From Malacoraja senta (lineage: Eukaryota): a stretch of 37,452 bases of DNA. Under the pieces are notes generated by a model, which was given only the letters and a program-made list of their open reading frames with translations, ran no database searches and was not told the DNA's origin. Positions 12,301-22,464 of this stretch are shown here, piece by piece. A program made the position numbers and the translations under genes. The stretch is taken from the NCBI GenBank assembly GCA_038087875.1, contig JAXLNO010000181.1, forward strand, positions 62,001 to 99,452. The letters run 5' to 3'. How positions within the stretch are numbered: the first letter of the stretch is position 1; every line of letters begins with the position of its first letter.

Positions 12301-13215
12301 TAAGCCTAAGCCTAAGCCAAAGCCTAAGCCTAAGCCTAAGCCTAAGCCTAAGCCTAAGCCTAAGCCTAAGCCTAAGCCTAAGCCTAAGCCTAAGCCTAAG
12401 CCTAAACCTAAGCCTAAGCCTAAGCCTAAGCCTAAGCCTAAGCCTAAGCCTAAGCCTAAGCCTAAGCCTAAGCCTAAGCCTAAGCCTAAGCCTAAGCCTA
12501 AGCCTAAGCCAAAGCCAAAGCCAAAGCCAAAGCCAAAGCCAAAGCCAAAGCCAAAGCCAAAGCCAAAGCCAAAGCCAAAGCCAAAGCCAAAGCCAAAGCC
12601 AAAGCCAAAGCCAAAGCCAAAGCCAAAGCCAAAGCCAAAGCCAAAGCCAAAGCCAAAGCCAAAGCCAAAGCCAAAGCCAAAGCCAAAGCCAAAGCCAAAG
12701 CCAAAGCCAAAGCCAAAGCCAAAGCCAAAGCCAAAGCCAAAGCCAAAGCCAAAGCCAAAGCCTAAGCCTAAGCCTAAGCCTAAGCCTAAGCCTAAGCCTA
12801 AGCCTAAGCCTAAGCCTAAGCCTAAGCCTAAGCCTAAGCCTAAGCCTAAGCCTAAGCCTAAGCCTAAGCCTAAGCCTAAGCCTAAGCCTAAGCCTAAGCC
12901 TAAGCCTAAGCCTAAGCCTAAGCCTAAGCCTAAGCCTAAGCCTAAGCCTAAGCCTAAGCCTAAGCCTAAGCCTAAGCCTAAGCCTAAGCCTAAGCCTAAG
13001 CCTAAGCCTAAGCCTAAGCCTAAGCCTAAGCCTAAGCCTAAGCCTAAGCCTAAGCCTAAGCCTAAGCCTAAGCCTAAGCCTAAGCCTAAGCCTAAGCCTA
13101 AGCCTAAGCCTAAGCCTAAGCCTAAGCCTAAGCCTAAGCCTAAGCCTAAGCCTAAGCCTAAGCCTAAGCCTAAGCCTAAGCCTAAGCCTAAGCCTAAGCC
13201 TAAGCCTAAGCCTAA
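9331..13215 (+). repeat. Higher-order repeat family A, copy 2 (about 3.89 kb)
   Basis: GCCAAA tract 9331-10762, GACTAA 10781, ACCTAA 10829, GACTAA 11872, ACCTAA 12406, terminal pure GCCTAA run 12760-13215. Same order as copy 1. Confidence 0.85.
12760..13215 (+). repeat. Longest pure canonical (GCCTAA)n run seen in the window, 76 units
   Basis: 456 bp of uninterrupted GCCTAA. Counterparts lie at 8899-9330 (72 units) and 16114-16395 (47 units). Confidence 0.88.
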
Positions 13216-16200
13216 GCCAAAGCCAAAGCCAAAGCCAAAGCCAAAGCCAAAGCCAAAGCCAAAGCCAAAGCCAAAGCCAAAGCCAAAGCCAAAGCCAAAG
13301 CCAAAGCCAAAGCCAAAGCCAAAGCCAAAGCCAAAGCCAAAGCCAAAGCCAAAGCCAAAGCCAAAGCCAAAGCCAAAGCCAAAGCCAAAGCCAAAGCCAA
13401 AGCCAAAGCCAAAGCCAAAGCCAAAGCCAAAGCCAAAGCCAAAGCCAAAGCCAAAGCCAAAGCCAAAGCCAAAGCCAAAGCCAAAGCCAAAGCCAAAGCC
13501 AAAGCCAAAGCCAAAGCCAAAGCCAAAGCCAAAGCCAAAGCCAAAGCCAAAGCCAAAGCCAAAGCCAAAGCCAAAGCCAAAGCCAAAGCCAAAGCCAAAG
13601 CCAAAGCCAAAGCCAAAGCCAAAGCCAAAGCCAAAGCCAAAGCCAAAGCCAAAGCCAAAGCCAAAGCCAAAGCCAAAGCCAAAGCCAAAGCCAAAGCCAA
13701 AGCCAAAGCCAAAGCCAAAGCCAAAGCCAAAGCCAAAGCCAAAGCCAAAGCCAAAGCCAAAGCCAAAGCCAAAGCCAAAGCCAAAGCCAAAGCCAAAGCC
13801 AAAGCCAAAGCCAAAGCCAAAGCCAAAGCCAAAGCCAAAGCCAAAGCCAAAGCCAAAGCCAAAGCCAAAGCCAAAGCCAAAGCCAAAGCCAAAGCCAAAG
13901 CCAAAGCCAAAGCCAAAGCCAAAGCCAAAGCCAAAGCCAAAGCCAAAGCCAAAGCCAAAGCCAAAGCCAAAGCCAAAGCCAAAGCCAAAGCCAAAGCCAA
14001 AGCCAAAGCCAAAGCCAAAGCCAAAGCCAAAGCCAAAGCCAAAGCCAAAGCCAAAGCCAAAGCCAAAGCCAAAGCCAAAGCCAAAGCCAAAGCCAAAGCC
14101 AAAGCCAAAGCCAAAGCCAAAGCCAAAGCCAAAGCCAAAGCCAAAGCCAAAGCCAAAGCCAAAGCCAAAGCCAAAGCCAAAGCCAAAGCCAAAGCCAAAG
14201 CCAAAGCCAAAGCCAAAGCCAAAGCCAAAGCCAAAGCCAAAGCCAAAGCCAAAGCCAAAGCCAAAGCCAAAGCCAAAGCCAAAGCCAAAGCCAAAGCCAA
14301 AGCCAAAGCCAAAGCCAAAGCCAAAGCCAAAGCCAAAGCCAAAGCCAAAGCCAAAGCCAAAGCCAAAGCCAAAGCCAAAGCCAAAGCCAAAGCCAAAGCC
14401 AAAGCCAAAGCCAAAGCCAAAGCCAAAGCCAAAGCCAAAGCCAAAGCCAAAGCCAAAGCCAAAGCCAAAGCCAAAGCCAAAGCCAAAGCCAAAGCCAAAG
14501 CCAAAGCCAAAGCCAAAGCCAAAGCCAAAGCCAAAGCCAAAGCCTAAGCCTAAGCCTAAGCCTAAGACTAAGCCTAAGCCTAAGCCTAAGCCTAAGCCTA
14601 AGCCTAAGCCTAAACCTAAGCCTAAGCCTAAGCCTAAGCCTAAGCCTAAGCCTAAGCCTAAGCCTAAGCCTAAGCCTAAGCCTAAGCCTAAGCCTAAGCC
14701 TAAGCCTAAGCCTAAGCCTAAGCCTAAGCCTAAGCCTAAGCCTAAGCCTAAGCCTAAGCCTAAGCCTAAGCCTAAGCCTAAGCCTAAGCCTAAGCCAAAG
14801 CCAAAGCCAAAGCCAAAGCCAAAGCCTAAGCCTAAGCCTAAGCCTAAGCCTAAGCCTAAGCCTAAGCCTAAGCCAAAGCCAAAGCCAAAGCCTAAGCCTA
14901 AGCCTAAGCCTAAGCCTAAGCCTAAGCCTAAGCCTAAGCCTAAGCCTAAGCCTAAGCCTAAGCCAAAGCCAAAGCCAAAGCCTAAGCCTAAGCCTAAGCC
15001 TAAGCCTAAGCCTAAGCCTAAGCCTAAGCCTAAGCCTAAGCCTAAGCCAAAGCCTAAGCCTAAGCCTAAGCCTAAGCCTAAGCCTAAGCCTAAGCCTAAG
15101 CCTAAGCCTAAGCCTAAGCCTAAGCCTAAGCCTAAGCCTAAGCCTAAGCCTAAGCCTAAGCCTAAGCCTAAGCCTAAGCCTAAGCCTAAGCCTAAGACTA
15201 AGCCTAAGCCAAAGCCTAAGCCAAAGCCTAAGCCTAAGCCTAAGCCAAAGCCTAAGCCTAAGCCAAAGCCAAAGCCAAAGCCAAAGCCAAAGCCAAAGCC
15301 AAAGCCAAAGCCAAAGCCAAAGCCAAAGCCAAAGCCAAAGCCAAAGCCAAAGCCAAAGCCAAAGCCAAAGCCAAAGCCAAAGCCAAAGCCAAAGCCAAAG
15401 CCAAAGCCAAAGCCAAAGCCAAAGCCAAAGCCAAAGCCAAAGCCAAAGCCAAAGCCAAAGCCAAAGCCAAAGCCAAAGCCAAAGCCAAAGCCAAAGCCAA
15501 AGCCAAAGCCAAAGCCAAAGCCAAAGCCAAAGCCAAAGCCAAAGCCAAAGCCAAAGCCAAAGCCAAAGCCAAAGCCTAAGCCTAAGCCTAAGCCAAAGCC
15601 TAAGCCTAAACCTAAGCCTAAGCCTAAGCCTAAGCCTAAGCCTAAGCCTAAGCCTAAGCCTAAGCCTAAGCCTAAGCCTAAGCCTAAGCCTAAGCCTAAG
15701 CCTAAGCCTAAGCCTAAGCCTAAGCCTAAGCCTAAGCCTAAGCCTAAGCCTAAGCCTAAGCCTAAGCCTAAGCCTAAGCCAAAGCCAAAGCCAAAGCCAA
15801 AGCCAAAGCCAAAGCCAAAGCCAAAGCCAAAGCCAAAGCCAAAGCCAAAGCCAAAGCCAAAGCCAAAGCCAAAGCCAAAGCCAAAGCCAAAGCCAAAGCC
15901 AAAGCCAAAGCCAAAGCCAAAGCCAAAGCCAAAGCCAAAGCCAAAGCCAAAGCCAAAGCCAAAGCCAAAGCCAAAGCCAAAGCCAAAGCCAAAGCCAAAG
16001 CCAAAGCCAAAGCCAAAGCCAAAGCCAAAGCCAAAGCCAAAGCCAAAGCCAAAGCCAAAGCCAAAGCCAAAGCCAAAGCCAAAGCCAAAGCCAAAGCCAA
16101 AGCCAAAGCCAAAGCCTAAGCCTAAGCCTAAGCCTAAGCCTAAGCCTAAGCCTAAGCCTAAGCCTAAGCCTAAGCCTAAGCCTAAGCCTAAGCCTAAGCC

Positions 16201-16395
16201 TAAGCCTAAGCCTAAGCCTAAGCCTAAGCCTAAGCCTAAGCCTAAGCCTAAGCCTAAGCCTAAGCCTAAGCCTAAGCCTAAGCCTAAGCCTAAGCCTAAG
16301 CCTAAGCCTAAGCCTAAGCCTAAGCCTAAGCCTAAGCCTAAGCCTAAGCCTAAGCCTAAGCCTAAGCCTAAGCCTAAGCCTAAGCCTAAGCCTAA
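13216..16395 (+). repeat. Higher-order repeat family A, copy 3 (about 3.18 kb, internally deleted)
   Basis: GCCAAA tract 13216-14541, GACTAA 14566, ACCTAA 14614, GACTAA 15196, ACCTAA 15610, terminal GCCTAA run 16114-16395. It lacks the A-T5-A-T3-A-T3 plus A-run module present in copies 1 and 2. Confidence 0.82.
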
Positions 16396-17373
16396 GCCAA
16401 AGCCAAAGCCAAAGCCAAAGCCAAAGCCAAAGCCAAAGCCAAAGCCAAAGCCAAAGCCAAAGCCAAAGCCAAAGCCAAAGCCAAAGCCAAAGCCAAAGCC
16501 AAAGCCAAAGCCAAAGCCAAAGCCAAAGCCAAAGCCAAAGCCAAAGCCAAAGCCAAAGCCAAAGCCAAAGCCAAAGCCAAAGCCAAAGCCAAAGCCAAAG
16601 CCAAAGCCAAAGCCAAAGCCAAAGCCAAAGCCAAAGCCAAAGCCAAAGCCAAAGCCAAAGCCAAAGCCAAAGCCAAAGCCAAAGCCAAAGCCAAAGCCAA
16701 AGCCAAAGCCAAAGCCAAAGCCAAAGCCAAAGCCAAAGCCAAAGCCAAAGCCAAAGCCAAAGCCAAAGCCAAAGCCAAAGCCAAAGCCAAAGACAAAGCC
16801 AAAGCCAAAGCCAAAGCCAAAGCCAAAGCCAAAGCCAAAGCCAAAGCCAAAGCCAAAGCCAAAGCCAAAGCCAAAGCCAAAGCCAAAGCCAAAGCCAAAG
16901 CCAAAGCCAAAGCCAAAGCCAAAGCCAAAGCCAAAGCCAAAGCCAAAGCCAAAGCCAAAGCCAAAGCCAAAGCCAAAGCCAAAGCCAAAGCCAAAGCCAA
17001 AGCCAAAGCCAAAGCCAAAGCCAAAGCCAAAGCCAAAGCCAAAGCCAAAGCCAAAGCCAAAGCCAAAGCCAAAGCCAAAGCCAAAGCCAAAGCCAAAGCC
17101 AAAGCCAAAGCCAAAGCCAAAGCCAAAGCCAAAGCCAAAGCCAAAGCCAAAGCCAAAGCCAAAGCCAAAGCCAAAGCCAAAGCCAAAGCCAAAGCCAAAG
17201 CCAAAGCCAAAGCCAAAGCCAAAGCCAAAGCCAAAGCCAAAGCCAAAGCCAAAGCCAAAGCCAAAGCCAAAGCCAAAGCCAAAGCCAAAGCCAAAGCCAA
17301 AGCCAAAGCCAAAGCCAAAGCCAAAGCCAAAGCCAAAGCCAAAGCCAAATCCAAAGCCAAAGCCAAAGCCAAA

Positions 17374-19616
17374 GCCTAAGCCAAAGCCAAAGCCTAAGCC
17401 AAAGCCAAAGCCAAAGCCAAAGCCTAAGCCAAAGCCAAAGCCAAAGCCAAAGCCAAAGCCAAAGCCAAAGCCAAAGCCAAAGCCTAAGCCTAAGCCAAAG
17501 CCTAAGCCTAAGCCTAAGCCTAAGCCTAAGCCTAAGCCTAAGCCTAAGCCTAAGCCTAAGCCTAAGCCAAAGCCAAAGCCAAAGCCTAAGCCAAAGCCAA
17601 AGCCAAAGCCAAAGCCTAAGCCTAAGCCTAAGCCAAAGCCAAAGCCAAAGCCAAAGCCAAAGCCAAAGCCAAAGCCAAAGCCTAAGCCTAAGCCTAAGCC
17701 AAAGCCTAAGCCTAAGCCAAAGCCAAAGCCAAAGCCAAAGCCTAAGCCAAAGCCTAAGCCAAAGCCAAAGCCAAAGCCAAAGCCTAAGCCAAAGCCAAAG
17801 CCTAAGCCTAAGCCAAAGCCTAAGCCTAAGCCAAAGCCAAAGCCTAAGCCTAAGCCTAAGCCTAAGCCTAAGCCTAAGCCTAAGCCTAAGCCTAAGCCTA
17901 AGCCTAAGCCTAAGCCTAAGCCTAAGCCTAAGCCTAAGCCTAAGCCTAAGCCTAAGCCTAAGCCTAAGCCAAAGCCAAAGCCTAAGCCTAAGCCTAAGCC
18001 TAAGCCTAAGCCTAAGCCAAAGCCAAAGCCAAAGCCTAAGCCTAAGCCAAAGCCAAAGCCAAAGCCAAAGCCAAAGCCAAAGCCAAAGCCAAAGCCAAAG
18101 CCAAAGCCAAAGCCAAAGCCAAAGCCAAAGCCAAAGCCAAAGCCAAAGCCAAAGCCAAAGCCAAAGCCAAAGCCTAAGCCAAAGCCAAAGCCAAAGCCAA
18201 AGCCAAAGCCAAAGCCAAAGCCAAAGCCAAAGCCTAAGCCTAAGCCTAAGCCTAAGCCTAAGCCTAAGCCTAAGCCAAAGCCAAAGCCAAAGCCAAAGCC
18301 AAAGCCAAAGCCAAAGCCAAAGCCAAAGCCAAAGCCAAAGCCAAAGCCAAAGCCAAAGCCAAAATCAAAGCCAAAGCCAAAGCCAAAGCCAAAGCCAAAG
18401 CCAAAGCCAAAGCCAAAGCCAAAGCCTAAGCCAAAGCCAAAGCCAAAGCCTAAGCCAAAGCCAAAGCCAAAGCCAAAGCCAAAGCCAAAGCCAAAGCCAA
18501 AGCCTAAGCCAAAGCCAAAGCCTAAGCCAAAGCCTAAGCCTAAGCCTAAGCCTAAGCCTAAGCCTAAGCCTAAGCCTAAGCCTAAGCCTAAGCCTAAGCC
18601 TAAGCCTAAGCCTAAGCCTAAGCCTAAGCCTAAGCCTAAGCCTAAGCCTAAGCCTAAGCCAAAGCCTAAGCCTAAGCCTAAGCCTAAGCCTAAGCCTAAG
18701 CCTAAGCCTAAGCCTAAGCCTAAGCCTAAGCCTAAGCCTAAGCCTAAGCCAAAGCCTAAGCCTAAGCCAAAGCCTAAGCCTAAGCCAAAGCCAAAGCCTA
18801 AGCCAAAGCCTAAGCCTAAGCCTAAGCCAACGCCTAAGCCTAAGCCTAAGCCTAAGCCTAAGCCTAAGCCTAAGCCTAAGCCTAAGCCTAAGCCTAAGCC
18901 TAAGCCAACGCCTAAACCTAAGCCTAAGCCTAAGCCTAAGCCTAAGCCTAAGCCTAAGCCTAAGCCTAAGCCTAAGCCTAAGCCTAAGCCTAAGCCTAAG
19001 CCTAAGCCTAAGCCTAAGCCTAAGCCTAAGCCTAAGCCTAAGCCTAAGCCAAAGCCAAGCCAAAGCCTAAGCCAAAGCCAAAGCCAAAGCCAAAGCCAAA
19101 GCCAAAGCCAAAGCTAAAGCCAAAGCCAAAGCCTAAGCCTAAGCCTAAGCCTAAACCTAAGCCTAAGCCTAAGCCTAAGCCTAAACCTAAGCCTAAGCCT
19201 AAGCCTAAGCCTAAGCCAAAGCCAAAGCCAAAGCCAAAGCCAAAGCCAAAGCCAAAGCCAAAGCCAAAGCCAAAGCCGAAGCCGAAGCCGAAGCCGAAGC
19301 CGAAGCCGAAGCCGAAGCCGAAGCCGAAGCCGAAGCCGAAGCCGAAGCCGAAGCCGAAGCCGAAGCCGAAGCCGAAGCCGAAGCCGAAGCCGAAGCCGAA
19401 GCCGAAGCCGAAGCCGAAGCCGAAGCCGAAGCCGAAGCCGAAGCCGAAGCCGAAGCCGAAGCCGAAGCCGAAGCCGAAGCCGAAGCCGAAGCCGAAGCCG
19501 AAGCCGAAGCCGAAGCCGAAGCCGAAGCCGAAGCCGAAGCCGAAGCCGAAGCCGAAGCCGAAGCCGAAGCCGAAGCCGAAGCCGAAGCCGAAGCCGAAGC
19601 CGAAGCCGAAGCCGAA
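17374..19616 (+). repeat. Higher-order repeat family B, copy 1 (finely interspersed T/A code ending in a GCCGAA block)
   Basis: The T/A pattern starting near 17392 recurs from 20073. Twin GCCAAC markers lie at 18826 and 18904. Confidence 0.75.
19275..19616 (+). repeat. (GCCGAA)n block 2, 57 units
   Basis: Pure GCCGAA, preceded by 10 GCCAAA units and a GCCTAA run containing ACCTAA, the same context as block 1. Confidence 0.95.
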
Positions 19617-20072
19617 GCCTAAGCCTAAGCCTAAGCCAAAGCCAAAGCCTAAGCCTAAGCCAAAGCCTAAGCCAAAGCCAAAGCCAAAGCCAAAGCCAAA
19701 GCCAAAGCCAAAGCCAAAGCCAAAGCCAAAGCCAAAGCCAAAGCCAAAGCCAAAGCCAAAGCCAAAGCCAAAGCCAAAGCCAAAGCCAAAGCCAAAGCCA
19801 AAGCCAAAGCCAAAGCCAAAGCCAAAGCCAAAGCCAAAGCCAAAGCCAAAGCCAAAGCCAAAGCCAAAGCCAAAGCCAAAGCCAAAGCCAAAGCCAAAGC
19901 CAAAGCCAAAGCCAAAGCCAAAGCCAAAGCCAAAGCCAAAGCCAAAGCCAAAGCCAAAGCCAAAGCCAAAGCCAAAGCCAAAGCCAAAGCCAAAGCCAAA
20001 GCCAAAGCCAAAGCCAAAGCCAAAGCCAAAGCCAAAGCCAAAGCCAAAGCCAAAGCCAAAGCCAAAGCCAAA

Positions 20073-22464
20073 GCCTAAGCCAAAGCCAAAGCCAAAGCCA
20101 AAGCCTAAGCCAAAGCCAAAGCCAAAGCCAAAGCCAAAGCCAAAGCCAAAGCCAAAGCCAAAGCCAAAGCCTAAGCCTAAGCCAAAGCCTAAGCCTAAGC
20201 CTAAGCCTAAGCCTAAGCCTAAGCCTAAGCCTAAGCCTAAGCCTAAGCCAAAGCCAAAGCCAAAGCCTAAGCCAAAGCCAAAGCCAAAGCCAAAGCCTAA
20301 GCCTAAGCCTAAGCCAAAGCCAAAGCCAAAGCCAAAGCCAAAGCCAAAGCCAAAGCCAAAGCCAAAGCCTAAGCCTAAGCCAAAGCCTAAGCCTAAGCCA
20401 AAGCCAAAGCCAAAGCCAAAGCCTAAGCCAAAGCCTAAGCCAAAGCCAAAGCCAAAGCCAAAGCCAAAGCCAAAGCCAAAGCCTAAGCCTAAGCCAAAGC
20501 CTAAGCCTAAGCCAAAGCCAAAGCCTAAGCCTAAGCCTAAGCCTAAGCCTAAGCCTAAGCCTAAGCCTAAGCCTAAGCCTAAGCCTAAGCCTAAGCCTAA
20601 GCCTAAGCCTAAGCCTAAGCCTAAGCCTAAGCCTAAGCCTAAGCCTAAGCCTAAGCCTAAGCCTAAGCCTAAGCCTAAGCCTAAGCCTAAGCCTAAGCCT
20701 AAGACTAAGCCTAAGCCTAAGCCAAAGCCAAAGCCAAAGCCTAAGCCTAAGCCAAAGCCAAAGCCAAAGCCAAAGCCAAAGCCAAAGCCAAAGCCAAAGC
20801 CAAAGCCAAAGCCAAAGCCAAAGCCAAAGCCAAAGCCAAAGCCAAAGCCAAAGCCAAAGCCAAAGCCAAAGCCAAAGCCAAAGCCAAAGCCAAAGCCAAA
20901 GCCAAAGCCAAAGCCAAAGCCAAAGCCAAAGCCAAAGCCAAAGCCAAAGCCAAAGCCAAAGCCTAAGCCAAAGCCAAAGCCAAAGCCAAAGCCAAAGCCA
21001 AAGCCAAAGCCTAAGCCTAAGCCTAAGCCTAAGCCTAAGCCTAAGCCTAAGCCTAAGCCTAAGCCTACGCCAAAGCCAAAGCCAAAGCCAAAGCCAAAGC
21101 CAAAGCCAAAGCCAAAGCCAAAGCCAAAGCCAAAGCCAAAGCCAAAGCCAAAGCCAAAGCCAAAGCCAAAGCCAAAGCCAAAGCCAAAGCCAAAGCCAAA
21201 GCCAAAGCCAAAGCCAAAGCCAAAGCCAAAGCCAAAGCCAAAGCTTAAGCCTAAGCCAAAGCCAAAGCCAAAGCCAAAGCCAAAGCCAAAGCCTAAGCCT
21301 AAGCCTAAGCCAAAGCCAAAGCCAAAGCCAAAGCCAAAGCCTAAGCCAAAGCCAAAGCCTAAGCCAAAGCCAAAGCCTAAGCCTAAGCCTAAGCCTAAGC
21401 CTAAGCCTAAGCCTAAGCCTAAGCCTAAGCCTAAGCCTAAGCCTAAGCCTAAGCCTAAGCCTAAGCCTAAGCCTAAGCCTAAGCCTAAGCCAAAGCCTAA
21501 GCCTAAGCCTAAGCCTAAGCCTAAGCCTAAGCCTAAGCCTAAGCCTAACCTAAGCCTAAGCCTAAGCCTAAGCCAAGCCTAAGCCTAAGCCAAAGCCTAA
21601 GCCTAAGCCAAAGCCAAAGCCTAAGCCAAAGCCTAAGCCTAAGCCTAAGCCTAACGCCTAAGCCTAAGCCTAAGCCTAAGCCTAAGCCTAAGCCTAAGCC
21701 TAAGCCTAAGCCTAAGCCAAAGCCTAAGCCTAAAGCCTAAGCCTAAGCCTAAGCCTAAGCCTAAGCCTAAGCCTAAGCCTAAGCCTAAGCCTAAGCCTAA
21801 GCCTAAGCCTAAGCCTAAGCCTAAGCCTAAGCCTAAGCCTAAGCCTAAGCCTAAGCCCTAAGCCTAAGCCAAAGCCAAAGCCAAAGCCAAAGCCAAAGCC
21901 AAAGCCAAAGCCAAAGCCAAAGCCAAAGCCAAAGCCAAAGCCAAAGCCAAAGCCAAAGCCTAAGCCTAAGCCTAAGCCTAAGCCTAAGCCTAAGCCTAAG
22001 CCTAAGCCTAAGCCTAAGCCTAAGCCTAAGCCTAAGCCTAAGCCAAAGCCAAAGCCAAAGCCAAAGCCAAAGCAAATGGCAAAGCCTAAGCCTAAGCCTA
22101 AGCCTAAGCCAACGCCTAAACCTAAGCCTAAGCCTAAGCCTAAGCCTAAGCCTAAGCCTAAGCCTAAGCCTAAGCCTAAGCCTAAGCCTAAGCCTAAGCC
22201 TAAAGCCTAAGCCTAAGCCTAAGCCTAAGCCTAAAGCCTAAGCCTAAGCCTAAGCCTAAGCCTAAGCCAAAGCCGAAGCCGAAGCCTAAGCCGAAGCCGA
22301 AGCCCGAAGCCGAAGCCGAAGCCGAAGCCGAAGCCGAAGCCGAAGCCGAAGCCGAAGCCGAAGCCGAAGCCGAAGCCGAAGCCGAAGCCGAAGCCGAAGC
22401 CGAAGCCGAAGCCGAAGCCGAAGCCGAAGCCGAAGCCGAAGCCGAAGCCGAAGCCGAAGCCGAA
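20073..22464 (+). repeat. Higher-order repeat family B, copy 2 (offset about 2.7 kb), indel-rich at its 3' end
   Basis: Pattern T-A4-T-A(9-10)-T2-A-T11-A3-T-A4-T3 at 20073-20310 matches 17392-17630. It also ends in a GCCGAA block. Confidence 0.72.
22272..22464 (+). repeat. (GCCGAA)n block 3, about 32 unit positions
   Basis: GCCGAA run with one GCCTAA and one GCCCGAA near its start. Confidence 0.92.

Noticed and set aside
22072..22083. Head-to-head telomere fusion or inversion point
   Set aside because: Only four bases (TGGC) resemble the opposite strand, and orientation is unchanged on both sides.
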